Positions 9,515 through 20,826 of a stretch of 24,000 nucleotides of DNA are shown one piece after another. The notes beneath the pieces are model-generated. The model made no database searches and was not told where the DNA came from. It saw only the letters and a program-made list of their open reading frames with translations. Origin of the DNA: Jiangellaceae bacterium (GTDB lineage: Bacteria > Actinomycetota > Actinomycetes > Jiangellales > Jiangellaceae); contig DASRTE010000167.1 of assembly GCA_035656095.1 (NCBI GenBank), positions 1 through 24,000 of the forward strand. The letters run 5' to 3'. The translations under genes and the position numbers were made by a program. The stretch's first letter is position 1; each line of letters opens with the position of its first letter.

Positions 9515-12307
9515 GTGGCAAAGGTCCGGGTATACGAGCTCGCCAAGGAGTTCGGAGTAGAGAGCAAGGTCGTCCTGGCCAAGCTGGGCGACCTCGGAGA
9601 GTTCGTCCGATCGGCCTCCTCGACGATCGAGGCGCCGGTCGTTCGCAGACTCAAGGAAGCGTTCGCGGATGCACCGCCGCAGGCGAAGAAGGCCGCGCCG
9701 GCGAAGAAGGCGGCCGCAGCGGCCCCGCCGCCGGCTGCAGCGGCTCCCGTGGCGGCCCCGGAGCCGGTCGTGGCGCAGACGCCCGCCGCACCGACCGTGC
9801 CGGCTCCTGCACCCGCGGTGGCCGAGCCCGTGGCGGCGCCGGAGCGTCCCGCAGCCGCAGCCGCCGCCGCAGCCGCAGCCGAAGCCGCGCCGGCCGGTCC
9901 CAAGCCGGGCCCGGTGGCTCCCCGGCCGTCCGGCCCACGCCCGGGCAACAACCCGTTCGGCACCGAGAGCACCGGCATGGGCCGGCGCCCGTCCGGGCCC
10001 CGACCGGGTAACAACCCGTTCACGGCCGGTGGTACCACGGGGATGCAGCGCCCCGCGGCTCGCCACGACGGCGCTGCCGGTGCCGGTCGTCCGTCCCCGG
10101 GTGGCATGCCGCCACGTCCCGGTGGCGGCGGAGCGCCCGGGGGCGCACGTCCGAACCCCGGCATGATGCCGACGCGTCCCACCCCGTCCCGCGGCGGTGC
10201 CGGCCAGGGTGAGCGCGGCCGTCCCGGCGGCGCCGGTCGGCCGGCCGGCGGTGCGGGAGAACGCGGCCGTCCCGGCGGCGCCGGTCGCACGGGTGCCGGC
10301 GGCGGTGGCTTCGGCGGTCGTCCCGGTGGTGGCGGTGGTCCCGGTGCTGGCGGTTTCGGCGGCCGCCCCGGAGGCGGGGGGCGCGGTCGCGGTGGCACCG
10401 CAGGTGCGTTCGGCCGTCCGGGCGGCAGGCCGGCGCGCGGTCGCAAGAGCAAGCGCCAGAAGCGTCAGGAGTACGACAACATGCAGGCGCCTGCGATCGG
10501 AGGCGTGCGGGTTCCCCGTGGCAACGGCCAGACGGTCCGCCTGCCCCGCGGCGCTTCGCTGACCGACTTCGCGGAGCGGATCGACACCGAGGCCGGTGCG
10601 CTGGTCCAGGTCCTGTTCCATCTCGGCGAGATGGTGACCGCGACCCAGTCCGTCGACGAGGACACCTTCCGCCTGCTCGGGGCCGAGCTCGGCTACGACG
10701 TCCAGGTGGTCTCGCCGGAGGACGAGGACCGCGAGCTGCTGGAGTCGTTCTCCATCGACTTCGAAGCGGAGGAGGACGAGGACGCCGAGCCGCGTCCACC
10801 GGTCGTCACGGTCATGGGCCACGTCGACCACGGAAAGACGAAGCTGCTCGACGCCATCCGCAACGAGAACGTCGTCGAGGCCGAGGCGGGCGGAATCACC
10901 CAGCACATCGGTGCCTACCAGGTGCACGTCGAGCACGAGGGCGAGGACCGCGCGATCACCTTCATCGACACGCCGGGCCACGAGGCGTTCACCGCGATGC
11001 GCGCCCGCGGTGCCCAGGTCACCGACATCGCGATCCTGGTGGTCGCCGCCGACGACGGTGTGATGCCGCAGACGATCGAGGCACTGAACCACGCGCAGGC
11101 CGCCGAGGTGCCGATCGTGGTGGCGGTCAACAAGGTCGACCTCGAAGGTGCCAACCCGGCCAAGATCCGGCAGCAGCTGACCGAGTACGGCCTCGTCGCC
11201 GAGGAGTACGGCGGCGACACGATGTTCATCGACGTCTCGGCCAAGCAGCGGATGGGCATCGACAAGCTGCTCGAGGCGGTCATCCTGACCGCCGACGCCG
11301 CCCTCGACCTGCGGGCCAACCCGGACATGGCCGCCCGGGGCGTCGCCATCGAAGGCCACCTCGACAAGGGTCGCGGCCCGGTCGCGACCGTCCTGGTCCA
11401 GCGAGGCACCCTTCGCGCCGGCGACGCGATCGTCACCGGGCAGGCCTACGGGCGGGTCCGCGCGATGCTCGACGAGTACGGCAACGCACTGGAGGAGGCG
11501 GGCCCGTCCCGTCCGGTCCTGGTGCTCGGCCTGACCAACGTGCCGGGAGCCGGCGACAAGTTCCTCGCCGCCGACGACGACCGCACCGCCCGCCAGATCG
11601 CCGAGAAGCGCGAGGCCATGGAACGCAACGCGTCGCTGGCCCGGGCCCGCAAGCGGGTGACGCTCGAGGACTGGCTGGAGCAGAGCAAGGTCGAGACGCT
11701 CAACCTGATCATCAAGGGCGACGTCTCCGGTTCGGTCGAAGCTCTCGAGGACGCGCTGCTCAAGATCGACGTCGGTGAAGAGGTCACGCTGCGGATCATC
11801 CACCGCGGTGTCGGCGCCGTCACCGACAACGACGTCAACCTGGCCTCGATCGACCAGGGCATCATCATCGCGTTCAACGTCCGGACCGCGAAGAGCACCG
11901 AGCAGCTCGCCGAGCGCGAGGGCGTGGACATCCGCTACTACTCGGTGATCTACCAGGCGATCGACGAGATCGAGGCCGCGCTCAAGGGGATGCTGAAGCC
12001 CGAGTTCGAGGAGGTCTCGCTCGGAGCCGCCGAGGTGCGCGAGGTCTTCCGGTCCTCGAAGTTCGGCAACATCGCCGGCTGCATGGTCACCAGCGGGCTC
12101 ATCCGGCGCAACGCCCGGGCCCGGCTGGTGCGCGACGGCGTCGTCGTGGCAGACAACCTGTCCATCGAGTCGCTGCGGCGGTTCAAGGACGACGCGACCG
12201 AGGTGCGCGAGGGCTTCGAGTGCGGCATCGGCCTGGGGTCGTTCAACGACATCAAGGTCGACGACGTCATCGAGACCTTCGAGATGCGCGAGAAGCCCCG
12301 CGCCTGA
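9515..12307 (+). CDS. infB: Translation initiation factor IF-2
   Basis: The GTG at 9515 follows AAGGAG (9505-9510). N-terminus [19 protein letters not shown] domain motifs [16 protein letters not shown] and NKVD. 930 aa, including a long Ala/Pro/Gly-rich N-terminal region. Confidence 0.97.
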   Translation: MAKVRVYELAKEFGVESKVVLAKLGDLGEFVRSASSTIEAPVVRRLKEAFADAPPQAKKAAPAKKAAAAAPPPAAAAPVAAPEPVVAQTPAAPTVPAPAPAVAEPVAAPERPAAAAAAAAAAEAAPAGPKPGPVAPRPSGPRPGNNPFGTESTGMGRRPSGPRPGNNPFTAGGTTGMQRPAARHDGAAGAGRPSPGGMPPRPGGGGAPGGARPNPGMMPTRPTPSRGGAGQGERGRPGGAGRPAGGAGERGRPGGAGRTGAGGGGFGGRPGGGGGPGAGGFGGRPGGGGRGRGGTAGAFGRPGGRPARGRKSKRQKRQEYDNMQAPAIGGVRVPRGNGQTVRLPRGASLTDFAERIDTEAGALVQVLFHLGEMVTATQSVDEDTFRLLGAELGYDVQVVSPEDEDRELLESFSIDFEAEEDEDAEPRPPVVTVMGHVDHGKTKLLDAIRNENVVEAEAGGITQHIGAYQVHVEHEGEDRAITFIDTPGHEAFTAMRARGAQVTDIAILVVAADDGVMPQTIEALNHAQAAEVPIVVAVNKVDLEGANPAKIRQQLTEYGLVAEEYGGDTMFIDVSAKQRMGIDKLLEAVILTADAALDLRANPDMAARGVAIEGHLDKGRGPVATVLVQRGTLRAGDAIVTGQAYGRVRAMLDEYGNALEEAGPSRPVLVLGLTNVPGAGDKFLAADDDRTARQIAEKREAMERNASLARARKRVTLEDWLEQSKVETLNLIIKGDVSGSVEALEDALLKIDVGEEVTLRIIHRGVGAVTDNDVNLASIDQGIIIAFNVRTAKSTEQLAEREGVDIRYYSVIYQAIDEIEAALKGMLKPEFEEVSLGAAEVREVFRSSKFGNIAGCMVTSGLIRRNARARLVRDGVVVADNLSIESLRRFKDDATEVREGFECGIGLGSFNDIKVDDVIETFEMREKPRA
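9660..10440 (+). repeat. Low-complexity, internally repeated Ala/Pro/Gly-rich coding region of infB
   Basis: GCN run encoding [11 protein letters not shown] (about 9851-9886). A 33-nt unit at 9926-9958 is repeated at 9989-10021 (both encode [11 protein letters not shown]). A 26-nt exact repeat lies at 10214-10239 and 10262-10287 (RGRPGGAGR, 48-nt period). [11 protein letters not shown] occurs twice. Confidence 0.85.
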
Positions 12308-12341
12308 CCACGGCACCACACCGCCCTGGGAGGGTGTAGCT

Positions 12342-12704
12342 GTGTTCACCGGGACGCTCAGCCTCGATCTGCTGTTGGGCGACGTCCGCTCGCTGAAGGA
12401 GAAGCGCGCCGTCGTCCGGCCCGTCGTGGCCGAGCTGCGGCGGCGGCTGTCCGTCTCCGCCGCCGAGGTGGGCGGTCTCGACCTGTACCGACGGGCCGAG
12501 ATCGGTGTGGCGGTCGTGGCCGTGGACGCCCGCCACTGCCGCGAGGTCCTGGACACGGCGGAGCGACTCGTGGCCGGCCGGCCGGAGATCGAGCTGTTGG
12601 CCGCGCGCCGCGCGCTGTACTCCAGCACCGACGACCTACCACCCCCTGTTGATCACGGCGATGCGGGGCACCCGGGTGCATCCGAGGCCCCCGCTTCGCC
12701 ATGA
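12342..12704 (+). CDS. DUF503 domain protein (YlxP-like)
   Basis: The GTG at 12342 lies 7 nt after GGGAGGG (12328-12334). The sequence [35 protein letters not shown] is typical of DUF503. Conserved position between infB and rbfA. A 25-aa low-complexity tail follows the domain. Confidence 0.8.
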   Translation: MFTGTLSLDLLLGDVRSLKEKRAVVRPVVAELRRRLSVSAAEVGGLDLYRRAEIGVAVVAVDARHCREVLDTAERLVAGRPEIELLAARRALYSSTDDLPPPVDHGDAGHPGASEAPASP

Positions 12705-12739
12705 TCAACGGTGAGACGACGACCGAGGAGGAGGACGAC

Positions 12740-13180
12740 GTGGCCGATCGAGCCCGCGCCCGCAAACTCGCCGACCGGATCCGCGTGATCGTGGCCGAGA
12801 CCCTGGAACAGCGGGTGAAAGACCCTCGCCTGGGCTTCGTCACCGTCACCGACGCCCGCGTGACCGGCGATCTGCACGACGCCACGGTCTTCTACACCGT
12901 CTACGGCGACGACGCGGCACGTGCCGACACCGCAGTGGCCCTGGACAGCGTCAAGGGCCTGCTCCGTTCCGAGGTCGGGCGCCAGACCGGTGTTCGGTTC
13001 ACGCCGACGCTCACCTTCGTCGCCGACGCCGTTCCCGAGAATGCCGCCCACATCGACGACCTGCTGCGGAAGGCCCAGGAGTCCGACGCCGAGGTCGCTC
13101 GCGCCGCGGCCGGCGCGTCGTTCGCCGGCGAGCCCGAGCCGTACCGCACGCCCGCCGAAGACGCGGACGCCCGGGAGTGA
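12740..13180 (+). CDS. rbfA: Ribosome-binding factor A
   Basis: Track ORF 12701..13180. The GTG at 12740 follows GAGGAGGAGGA (12725-12735). It gives (V)[53 protein letters not shown], which matches the usual RbfA N-terminus. ATG 12701 (ATGA overlap with the DUF503 stop) is the alternative start. Confidence 0.9.
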   Translation: MADRARARKLADRIRVIVAETLEQRVKDPRLGFVTVTDARVTGDLHDATVFYTVYGDDAARADTAVALDSVKGLLRSEVGRQTGVRFTPTLTFVADAVPENAAHIDDLLRKAQESDAEVARAAAGASFAGEPEPYRTPAEDADARE

Positions 13181-14058
13181 GCGACTCCGCTCCCGACGGT
13201 CTGGTCGTCGTCGACAAGCCGGTCGGCCTCACCTCGCACGACGTGGTCGCCCGCGTCCGGCGGCTGGCCGGTACCCGCAAGGTGGGACACGCGGGGACCC
13301 TGGACCCGATGGCCACCGGTGTGCTGGTCGTCGGCATGGGCCGCGCCACCCGTCTGCTCGGACACCTGGCACTCGCCGAGAAGGGTTACGCCGCCACCAT
13401 CCGCCTCGGCGCCGCCACGGTCACCGACGACGCCGACGGGGAGACGATCGGCGGAGCCGATGCCTCGGGGGTCACCGATCGCGCCCTCGCCGCGGAGACC
13501 GCTGCTCTCACCGGCGCGATCCGACAGGTGCCGAGCGCCGTGTCGGCCGTCAAGGTCGGCGGAGTTCGGTCGTACGCTCGGGTCCGCTCCGGCGAGCAGG
13601 TCGAGCTCAAGGCCCGATCGGTCACCGTGCGTCGCTTCGCGGTGGTAGCCGTGCGCCGCGAGGCTCCGTTCACGGACATCGACGTCGAGGTCGAGTGCAC
13701 GACGGGCACCTACATCCGGGCGTTGGCGCGTGACCTGGGTGCCGCGCTCGGCGTCGGGGGTCACCTGACGGCACTGCGTCGCACCAGGGTGGGTCCGTAC
13801 GACCTCGCCGCCGCCCGCACGCTCGACGACCTCGCCGCCGATCTCGACCCGATCTCCCTCGAGCAGGTGGCCGCAGCGGCGTTCCCGCGGCTGGACGTCG
13901 ACGCGGACACCGCTCGTCAGGTGGCCCACGGAGCGCCGCTGCCGAGAACCGGCCTGGGGCCCGGACCCGTGGCAGTGTTCGGTCCGGACGGGACGCTGCT
14001 CTCCCTGGTCGAGGACCGCGGCCCGAGGGCCAAGCACCTCGCGGTGTTCGTGCCGTGA
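13177..14058 (+). CDS. truB: tRNA pseudouridine(55) synthase TruB
   Basis: [17 protein letters not shown] and the catalytic Asp motif [14 protein letters not shown]. The GTG start overlaps the rbfA stop (GTGA at 13177-13180). Confidence 0.93.
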   Translation: MSDSAPDGLVVVDKPVGLTSHDVVARVRRLAGTRKVGHAGTLDPMATGVLVVGMGRATRLLGHLALAEKGYAATIRLGAATVTDDADGETIGGADASGVTDRALAAETAALTGAIRQVPSAVSAVKVGGVRSYARVRSGEQVELKARSVTVRRFAVVAVRREAPFTDIDVEVECTTGTYIRALARDLGAALGVGGHLTALRRTRVGPYDLAAARTLDDLAADLDPISLEQVAAAAFPRLDVDADTARQVAHGAPLPRTGLGPGPVAVFGPDGTLLSLVEDRGPRAKHLAVFVP

Positions 14059-14999
14059 GCGTCTGGCACTCGCCCGCCGAGGTGCCCACCGACCTCGGAG
14101 CGACGGTGGTGACGATCGGTGTCTTCGACGGTGTCCACCGCGGTCACCAGGTGGTCGTCGGCAGGGCGGCCGAGGCTGCCGCCGAGATCGGCCGGCCGGT
14201 CGTGGCCGTCACCTTCGATCCCAACCCGATCGTCGTCGTGCGGCCCGAGGTCGCGCCGCCGTCGCTGTTGCCGGTACCCGCCCGGGTCGCCTTGCTGCGT
14301 GAGGCCGGCGCGGACCACGTCCTGGTGCTGCCCTTCGGCCGTGACCGATCGGAGCAGAGCGCCGAGGACTTCGTCGAGGACATCGTCATGGGCCTGCTGG
14401 GAGCGCGTGTGGTGGTCGTCGGCACCGACTTCCGCTTCGGCCACCGCGCGGCCGGCGACGTCGCCCTTCTCGAGCGGATGGGCAGGGACCACGGCTTCCG
14501 CGTCGACGTCGTCGGCCCGGCCGGCGACGACAGGGTGCGCCGGTGGTCGTCGACCGACATCCGCCGCTACTGCGCCGAGGGTGACGTGGCCGCGGCGGCC
14601 GAGGCGCTGGGCCGGCCGTTCCGGGTCGAGGGCGTCGTGGTCCGCGGGCACCGGCGGGGACGGGCCATGGGCTTCCCGACCGCGAACGTGCCCGCGCGCG
14701 AGGGCGAGGTCGTCCCCGCCGACGGTGTCTACGCCGGATGGCTCACCCGGCTGGACGAGAAGGACGCGCCGCTGTGGCCGGCGGCGATCTCGGTCGGCAC
14801 GAATCCGACGTTCGACGGGTTGGAGCGCACGGTCGAGGCCCACGTCCTCGACCGTGACGACCTCGAACTGTACGGCGTGCCCGTGGCGGTCGACTTCATC
14901 GGGTGGATCCGCGCCCAGGTTCGTTTCTCCGACGTCGACGAACTCGTGGCCCGGATGCACCGCGACGTCGACGAGGTCCGGGCCTTGCTGGCGCTCTGA
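14055..14999 (+). CDS. ribF: Bifunctional riboflavin kinase / FAD synthetase
   Basis: GVFDGVHRGHQ (nucleotidyltransferase HxGH), a GTDFRFG motif, and a C-terminal riboflavin kinase with MGFPTAN. The GTG start overlaps the truB stop (GTGA at 14055-14058). Confidence 0.93.
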   Translation: MSVWHSPAEVPTDLGATVVTIGVFDGVHRGHQVVVGRAAEAAAEIGRPVVAVTFDPNPIVVVRPEVAPPSLLPVPARVALLREAGADHVLVLPFGRDRSEQSAEDFVEDIVMGLLGARVVVVGTDFRFGHRAAGDVALLERMGRDHGFRVDVVGPAGDDRVRRWSSTDIRRYCAEGDVAAAAEALGRPFRVEGVVVRGHRRGRAMGFPTANVPAREGEVVPADGVYAGWLTRLDEKDAPLWPAAISVGTNPTFDGLERTVEAHVLDRDDLELYGVPVAVDFIGWIRAQVRFSDVDELVARMHRDVDEVRALLAL

Positions 15000-15002
15000 C
15001 CT

Positions 15003-15017
15003 GGCCGGTTGCCGGCC
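15003..15017 (+). terminator. Short GC hairpin right after the ribF stop (weak terminator candidate)
   Basis: GGCCGG (15003-15008) pairs with CCGGCC (15012-15017) around a 3-nt TTG loop, starting 4 nt after the ribF stop. No U-tract follows. Structure only. Confidence 0.2.
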
Positions 15018-15154
15018 GCGGCGGCAGCGTCGATTACGCCCCGAGGTCGTCTCACTGGTAACCTGGCACCGCCGTCAGAACGGCCGCGGATGGAGAGTGC
15101 CCCGGAGAACTCGCCCGGGAGCGCCGCGCAACGAGATTTCTGGTAAGGAGTTCC

Positions 15155-15424
15155 GTGTCGATCGACACTGCCACCAAAAAGACGATCATGGCCGAGCACG
15201 CCCGCAGCGACGGCGACACGGGCTCGCCCGAGGTCCAGGTGGCGATGCTCACCCATCGCATCAACCACCTCACCGAGCACCTCAAGGAGCACAAGCACGA
15301 CCACCACAGCCGTCGCGGTCTGCTGCTGCTCGTCGGCCAGCGCCGGCGACTGCTCAACTACCTGTCCACGAAGGACATCACGCGCTACCGCCAACTGATC
15401 GAGAAGCTCGGCCTGCGCCGATGA
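15155..15424 (+). CDS. rpsO: 30S ribosomal protein S15
   Basis: 89 aa. The GTG at 15155 follows AAGGAG (15145-15150). [29 protein letters not shown] is the S15 signature region. Confidence 0.97.
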   Translation: MSIDTATKKTIMAEHARSDGDTGSPEVQVAMLTHRINHLTEHLKEHKHDHHSRRGLLLLVGQRRRLLNYLSTKDITRYRQLIEKLGLRR

Positions 15425-15439
15425 CACGCACGTCGTAGG

Positions 15440-15471
15440 GAGCGGTCTCCCGGCCCGGGGGCCGCTTCTTC
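15440..15471 (+). terminator. GC-rich stem-loop with a partial T-tract after rpsO (terminator/attenuator candidate)
   Basis: GAGCGG (15440-45) pairs with CCGCTT (15462-67, one G-U pair). CTCCC (15447-51) pairs with GGGGG (15457-61, one U-G pair). The loop is GGCCC and CTTC follows. The stem starts 16 nt after the rpsO stop. Confidence 0.5.
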
Positions 15472-15557
15472 GGCATCCGACAACTGAACACGAACCCACA
15501 CCAACGGGGTGGCTCGCCGATCCGCCGGATTCCTGCGGCCGGTCCTCGGTAGTGGCC

Positions 15558-15591
15558 CCCGGGTCCCGCGCACGACGTTGCGCGACCCGGG
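15558..15591 (+). promoter_or_regulatory. Long imperfect hairpin in the pnp leader (possible RNase III / autoregulatory site)
   Basis: CCCGGGTC (15558-65) pairs with GACCCGGG (15584-91). After a 2-nt bulge, GCGCA (15568-72) pairs with TGCGC (15579-83). The loop is CGACGT. The hairpin lies about 90 nt upstream of the pnp ATG. Confidence 0.35.
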
Positions 15592-15679
15592 CGCTTCCAT
15601 CGAAGACCGGCACCGATCGGGTGTCGATACCGTCGTCCACGCGACCTGCCCCGCCGACGCCCGAGGAGGGTGACCCCAG

Positions 15680-17905
15680 ATGGGGCAGATCCAGGCTGAT
15701 ATCCACAGCAGCGAAGCCGTGATCGACAATGGTCGTTTCGGCACCCGGACCATCCGGTTCGAGACGGGGCAGCTCGCCCGCCAGGCCGCCGGTTCCGCCG
15801 TGGCCTATCTCGACGACGAGACCATGCTGCTCTCCGCGACCACCGCGTCGAAGCAGCCCAAGGAACATCTCGACTTCTTCCCGTTGACGATCGACGTCGA
15901 GGAGCGCATGTACGCCGCCGGGCGCATTCCCGGCTCGTTCTTCCGCCGCGAGGGCCGTCCGAGCGAGGAGGCGATCCTCACCTGCCGGCTCACCGACCGC
16001 CCGCTGCGCCCGTCGTTCGCCAAGGGCCTGCGCAACGAGATCCAGGTCGTGGTCACCGTGATGTCGCTGCATCCGGACCACCTCTACGACGTCGTCGCGA
16101 TCAACGCCGCCTCGGCGTCGACCCAACTCGCCGGACTTCCGTTCAGCGGCCCCGTCGGCGCGGTCCGGGTGGCCCTGATCGAGGACCAGTGGGTCGCGTT
16201 CCCGCACCACTCGCAGCTCGAGGAGGCGGTGTTCGACATGGTCGTGGCCGGCCGGGTCCTGCCCGACGGCGACGTAGCGATCATGATGGTGGAGGCCGAG
16301 TCCACCGCGAACACCTGGAACCTGGTGCGTGCGGGGCGCACGGCGCCGACGGAGGAGGTCGTCGCCGAAGGCCTGGAAGCCGCGAAGCCGTTCATCACCG
16401 CTCTCTGCCAGGCCCAGCAGCGGCTCGCACAGGGCGCCGCCAGGCCGACCGGTGAGTTCCCGATCTACCTCGACTACACCGACGACGTCTACACGGCCGT
16501 CGAGGCGGAGGCGGGCAGCGAGGTGGCCGACGCGCTGACCATCGTGGCGAAGGCCGAGCGCGAGGCGCGGCTGGACGAGATCAAGGACCGGATCAAGTCG
16601 GCGCTCGCCGACCGGTTCGAGGGCCGCGAGAAGGAGATCAGCGCCGCCTTCCGCTCGTTGACCAAGACGGTCGTTCGCGACCGGGTCCTGCGCGACAAGG
16701 TGCGGATCGACGGTCGCGGGCTCACCGAGATCCGGACGTTGTCCGCCGAGGTCGGCCCGGTACCCCGGGCGCACGGCTCGGCGTTGTTCGAGCGCGGCGA
16801 GACCCAGATCCTCGGGGTCAGCACGCTGAACATGCTCAGCATGGAGCAGAAGCTGGACACGCTCTCCCCGGAGCGGTCGAAGCGCTACATGCACAACTAC
16901 AACTTCCCGCCGTACTCGACCGGTGAGACCGGCCGGGTGGGGTCGCCGAAGCGGCGCGAGATCGGCCACGGCGCGCTGGCCGAACGGGCACTGGTGCCCG
17001 TGCTGCCCACACGCGAGGAGTTCCCGTACGCGGTCCGCCAGGTGTCCGAGGCGCTGGGCTCCAACGGCTCCACCTCGATGGGCTCGGTCTGCGCGTCGAC
17101 GATGTCGCTGCTGAACGCGGGCGTGCCGCTGCGCGCGCCGGTCGCCGGCATCGCGATGGGCCTGATCTCGGGAGAGCTCGACGGGCAGACCCAGTACGTC
17201 ACGCTCACCGACATCCTCGGCGCCGAGGACGCTTACGGCGACATGGACTTCAAGGTCGCCGGCACCCCGGAGTTCGTCACCGCGCTGCAGCTGGACACCA
17301 AGCTCGACGGCATCCCGGCCTCGGTGCTGGGCGCTGCGCTGCAGCAGGCCAAGCAGGCCAGGCTGACCATTCTCGACGTCATGGCGGAGGCCATCTCCGA
17401 ACCGGACGAGATGAGCCCGTACGCACCACGAATCATCACGATCAAGATCCCGGTCGACCAGATCGGTGCGGTGATCGGGCCGAAGGGCAAGATCATCAAT
17501 CAGATCCAGGACGAGACGGGCGCCCAGATCGCGATCGAGGACGACGGCACCATCTTCATCGGTGCCGAGGAGGGTCCGGCCGCGGAGGCGGCCCGGGCCC
17601 AGATCAACGCGATCGCCAACCCGACGATGCCGGAGGTCGGCGAGCGCTACCTGGGCACGGTGGTCAAGACGACGAGCTTCGGTGCGTTCGTGTCGCTGCT
17701 GCCCGGCAAGGACGGTCTCGTGCACATCTCGAAGCTGCGCGTCCTGGCCGGCGGTAAGCGGGTCGAGAACGTCGAGGACGTCGTCTCGGTGGGCCAGAAG
17801 CTCCAGGTCGAGGTGGCTGACATCGACGACCGGGGCAAGCTCTCGCTCTCGCCGGTGGTCGAGGAGTCCGCTCCGGCCACGGACACGGTCGACGCCGTTT
17901 CGTGA
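15680..17905 (+). CDS. pnp: Polyribonucleotide nucleotidyltransferase (PNPase)
   Basis: 741 aa. The ATG at 15680 lies 9 nt after GAGGAGGG (15663-15670). It has [20 protein letters not shown], two RNase PH domains, a KH domain ([16 protein letters not shown]) and an S1 domain ([33 protein letters not shown]). Confidence 0.97.
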   Translation: MGQIQADIHSSEAVIDNGRFGTRTIRFETGQLARQAAGSAVAYLDDETMLLSATTASKQPKEHLDFFPLTIDVEERMYAAGRIPGSFFRREGRPSEEAILTCRLTDRPLRPSFAKGLRNEIQVVVTVMSLHPDHLYDVVAINAASASTQLAGLPFSGPVGAVRVALIEDQWVAFPHHSQLEEAVFDMVVAGRVLPDGDVAIMMVEAESTANTWNLVRAGRTAPTEEVVAEGLEAAKPFITALCQAQQRLAQGAARPTGEFPIYLDYTDDVYTAVEAEAGSEVADALTIVAKAEREARLDEIKDRIKSALADRFEGREKEISAAFRSLTKTVVRDRVLRDKVRIDGRGLTEIRTLSAEVGPVPRAHGSALFERGETQILGVSTLNMLSMEQKLDTLSPERSKRYMHNYNFPPYSTGETGRVGSPKRREIGHGALAERALVPVLPTREEFPYAVRQVSEALGSNGSTSMGSVCASTMSLLNAGVPLRAPVAGIAMGLISGELDGQTQYVTLTDILGAEDAYGDMDFKVAGTPEFVTALQLDTKLDGIPASVLGAALQQAKQARLTILDVMAEAISEPDEMSPYAPRIITIKIPVDQIGAVIGPKGKIINQIQDETGAQIAIEDDGTIFIGAEEGPAAEAARAQINAIANPTMPEVGERYLGTVVKTTSFGAFVSLLPGKDGLVHISKLRVLAGGKRVENVEDVVSVGQKLQVEVADIDDRGKLSLSPVVEESAPATDTVDAVS

Positions 17906-19224
17906 GCCGGACGGCGCACACTCGGACGGTGCTGCGGGAGGGCGGCGGGGGCGTGATCCGCCGGACCGTCCTCCCGGGCGGGCTGCGGATCATCACCGAG
18001 GCGGTCCCGACCGTCCGTTCGGTGGCGTTCGGCGTCTGGGTCGGGGTCGGCTCGCGCGACGAGACACCGGCGCAGGCCGGCGCCACTCACTACCTCGAAC
18101 ACCTCCTGTTCAAGGGCACGCAGCGGCGATCGGCGCTGGAGATCTCGGCCGCGATCGAGTCCGTCGGCGGTGAGGTGAACGCGTTCACGGCCAAGGAGTT
18201 CACCTGCTACTACGCGAGGGTGCTCGACGAGGACCTCCCGCTGGCCGTCGACGTGATGTCCGACCTGGTGACGTCGTCGCTGGTCACTGCGGAAGACGTC
18301 GAGTCCGAGCGCGATGTCGTGCTCGAGGAGATCGCGATGCGCGACGACGACCCGTCCGACGCGGTCCACGAGCTCGCAGCCGAACGGCTGTGGGGCTCGT
18401 CGCCGCTGGGCCGGCCGATCCTCGGCACGGTCGACAGCATCGGCTCGCTGTCACGGGCCGTCATCAACCGGTACTACCGGCGCCGGTACCGTCCGTCGTC
18501 GATCGTCGTCGCCGCCGCCGGCAATCTCGACCACACCACGGTGGTCCGGCTGGTGCGCAGGGCGTTCGAGCGAGCCGGCTTCCTCGACGGTGACGCCGCA
18601 CCGGACGCTGCCCGGATCGGCGGGCGCGCACCGAGGGCCGGCGCGGGCGTCGCCGTGCTCGACCGGCCGATCGAGCAGGCCAACATTGTGCTGGCGGCGC
18701 CCGGGCTCGCCCGCACGGACGAACGTCGGTTCGCGCTCGGAGTCCTCAACGTGGCCCTCGGCGGCGGCATGTCCTCCCGGCTGTTCCAGGAGATCCGCGA
18801 GAAGCGCGGTCTCGCGTACGCCGTCTACTCGTACTCCGCCCAGTACGCCGACAGCGGGTTGTTCGGCGTCTATGTGGGGTGCCAGCCCAGGAAGGTCGAG
18901 CAGGTGCTCGCCCTGTGCCGTGAGGTGCTGACCGACGTCGCCGAGATCGGCCTCACCGGCGACGAGCTCGCGCGGGGCAAGGGCCAGCTCCGCGGCGGCC
19001 TCGTGCTCGGCCTCGAGGACACCGGATCGCGCATGAGCCGGCTGGCCAAGGGTGAGCTCGTCTACGGCGAACACCCCAGCGTCGACGAACTCCTGTCCCG
19101 CATCGACGCGGTCACGCTCGAAGACGTCCGGTCGGTCGCGGCCGAGCTGCTGTCCCGGACGCCTGTGCTGGCCGTCGTCGGGCCGTTCGACGACGTGACC
19201 CGGTTCGAGTCCGCCGTCGCCTGA
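17902..19224 (+). CDS. M16-family zinc metallopeptidase (PepR-like)
   Basis: Inverted zincin motif [11 protein letters not shown] with downstream ERDVVLEEI. The GTG start overlaps the pnp stop (GTGA at 17902-17905). GTG 17953 is an alternative start. Conserved position after pnp in actinobacteria (pepR in mycobacteria, from memory). Confidence 0.9.
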   Translation: MSRTAHTRTVLREGGGGVIRRTVLPGGLRIITEAVPTVRSVAFGVWVGVGSRDETPAQAGATHYLEHLLFKGTQRRSALEISAAIESVGGEVNAFTAKEFTCYYARVLDEDLPLAVDVMSDLVTSSLVTAEDVESERDVVLEEIAMRDDDPSDAVHELAAERLWGSSPLGRPILGTVDSIGSLSRAVINRYYRRRYRPSSIVVAAAGNLDHTTVVRLVRRAFERAGFLDGDAAPDAARIGGRAPRAGAGVAVLDRPIEQANIVLAAPGLARTDERRFALGVLNVALGGGMSSRLFQEIREKRGLAYAVYSYSAQYADSGLFGVYVGCQPRKVEQVLALCREVLTDVAEIGLTGDELARGKGQLRGGLVLGLEDTGSRMSRLAKGELVYGEHPSVDELLSRIDAVTLEDVRSVAAELLSRTPVLAVVGPFDDVTRFESAVA

Positions 19225-20523
<1,299 letters not shown>

Positions 20524-20531
<8 letters not shown>

Positions 20532-20826
20532 TGGCCCGGAGCACGGCGGTGGTGGCGGCGGCCACCACGATCACGACGAGGAACGGCGCGCGCAGCAGCA
20601 GGGCGAACACGGCCGCGGTGATCCCCGCCAGCTTCAGGTCGACCCCCAGCCCGGCGTCGGTGGCGAACGTCTCGACGGCGACCAGCGCCGCGAGCAGGGC
20701 GACCGGGAGGAGAGCGGCGACCCGATGGACGTCGGGCCTGTCCAGCACCGACTCGGGCAGCGACAGGCCCGCGAGCTTGAGCAGGTAGCAGCCCACCGAC
20801 GCCGCGATGACCGCGGTCCAGATCAT
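20524..20826 (-). CDS. azlD: AzlD-family branched-chain amino acid transport protein
   Basis: Track ORF 20524..21096 trimmed to ATG 20826 (MIWTAVIAASVGCYLLKLAGLSLP...). About 100 aa and hydrophobic. The start overlaps the azlC stop (ATGA at 20823-20826). Confidence 0.8.

Noticed and set aside
9430-10452. A 340-aa Pro/Gly/Ala-rich minus-strand ORF that looks like a repetitive secreted or PE/PPE-like protein.
   Set aside because: It is the reverse-complement shadow of the IF-2 low-complexity N-terminal region. The + strand frame is continuous with the IF-2 G domain and has a proper SD and start.
9455-12628. Very long antisense ORFs: 9455..12628 (1057 aa), 14729..17725 (998 aa), 18451..19986, 3424..4878, 1501..2859, 12901..14037 and 4974..6002.
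   Set aside because: These are shadow frames typical of high-GC DNA. Their translations are Arg/Gly/Ala/Pro-rich with no recognisable motifs. Each lies opposite a gene with unmistakable conserved motifs (infB, pnp, M16/dapB, hipA, proS, truB, sthA).
15034-15120. A possible rpsO promoter (-10 TAACCT at 15059-64) and a 5-bp CCCGG/CCGGG stem in the rpsO leader, considered as an S15 autoregulatory structure.
   Set aside because: There is no convincing -35 and the stem is short. No similarity to known S15 operator folds can be judged by eye.
14119-15438. A 439-aa + strand ORF spanning ribF, the spacer and rpsO.
   Set aside because: It is out of frame with both well-supported genes. The translation is Arg/Ser/Pro-rich and crosses an obvious intergenic region that contains the rpsO SD.
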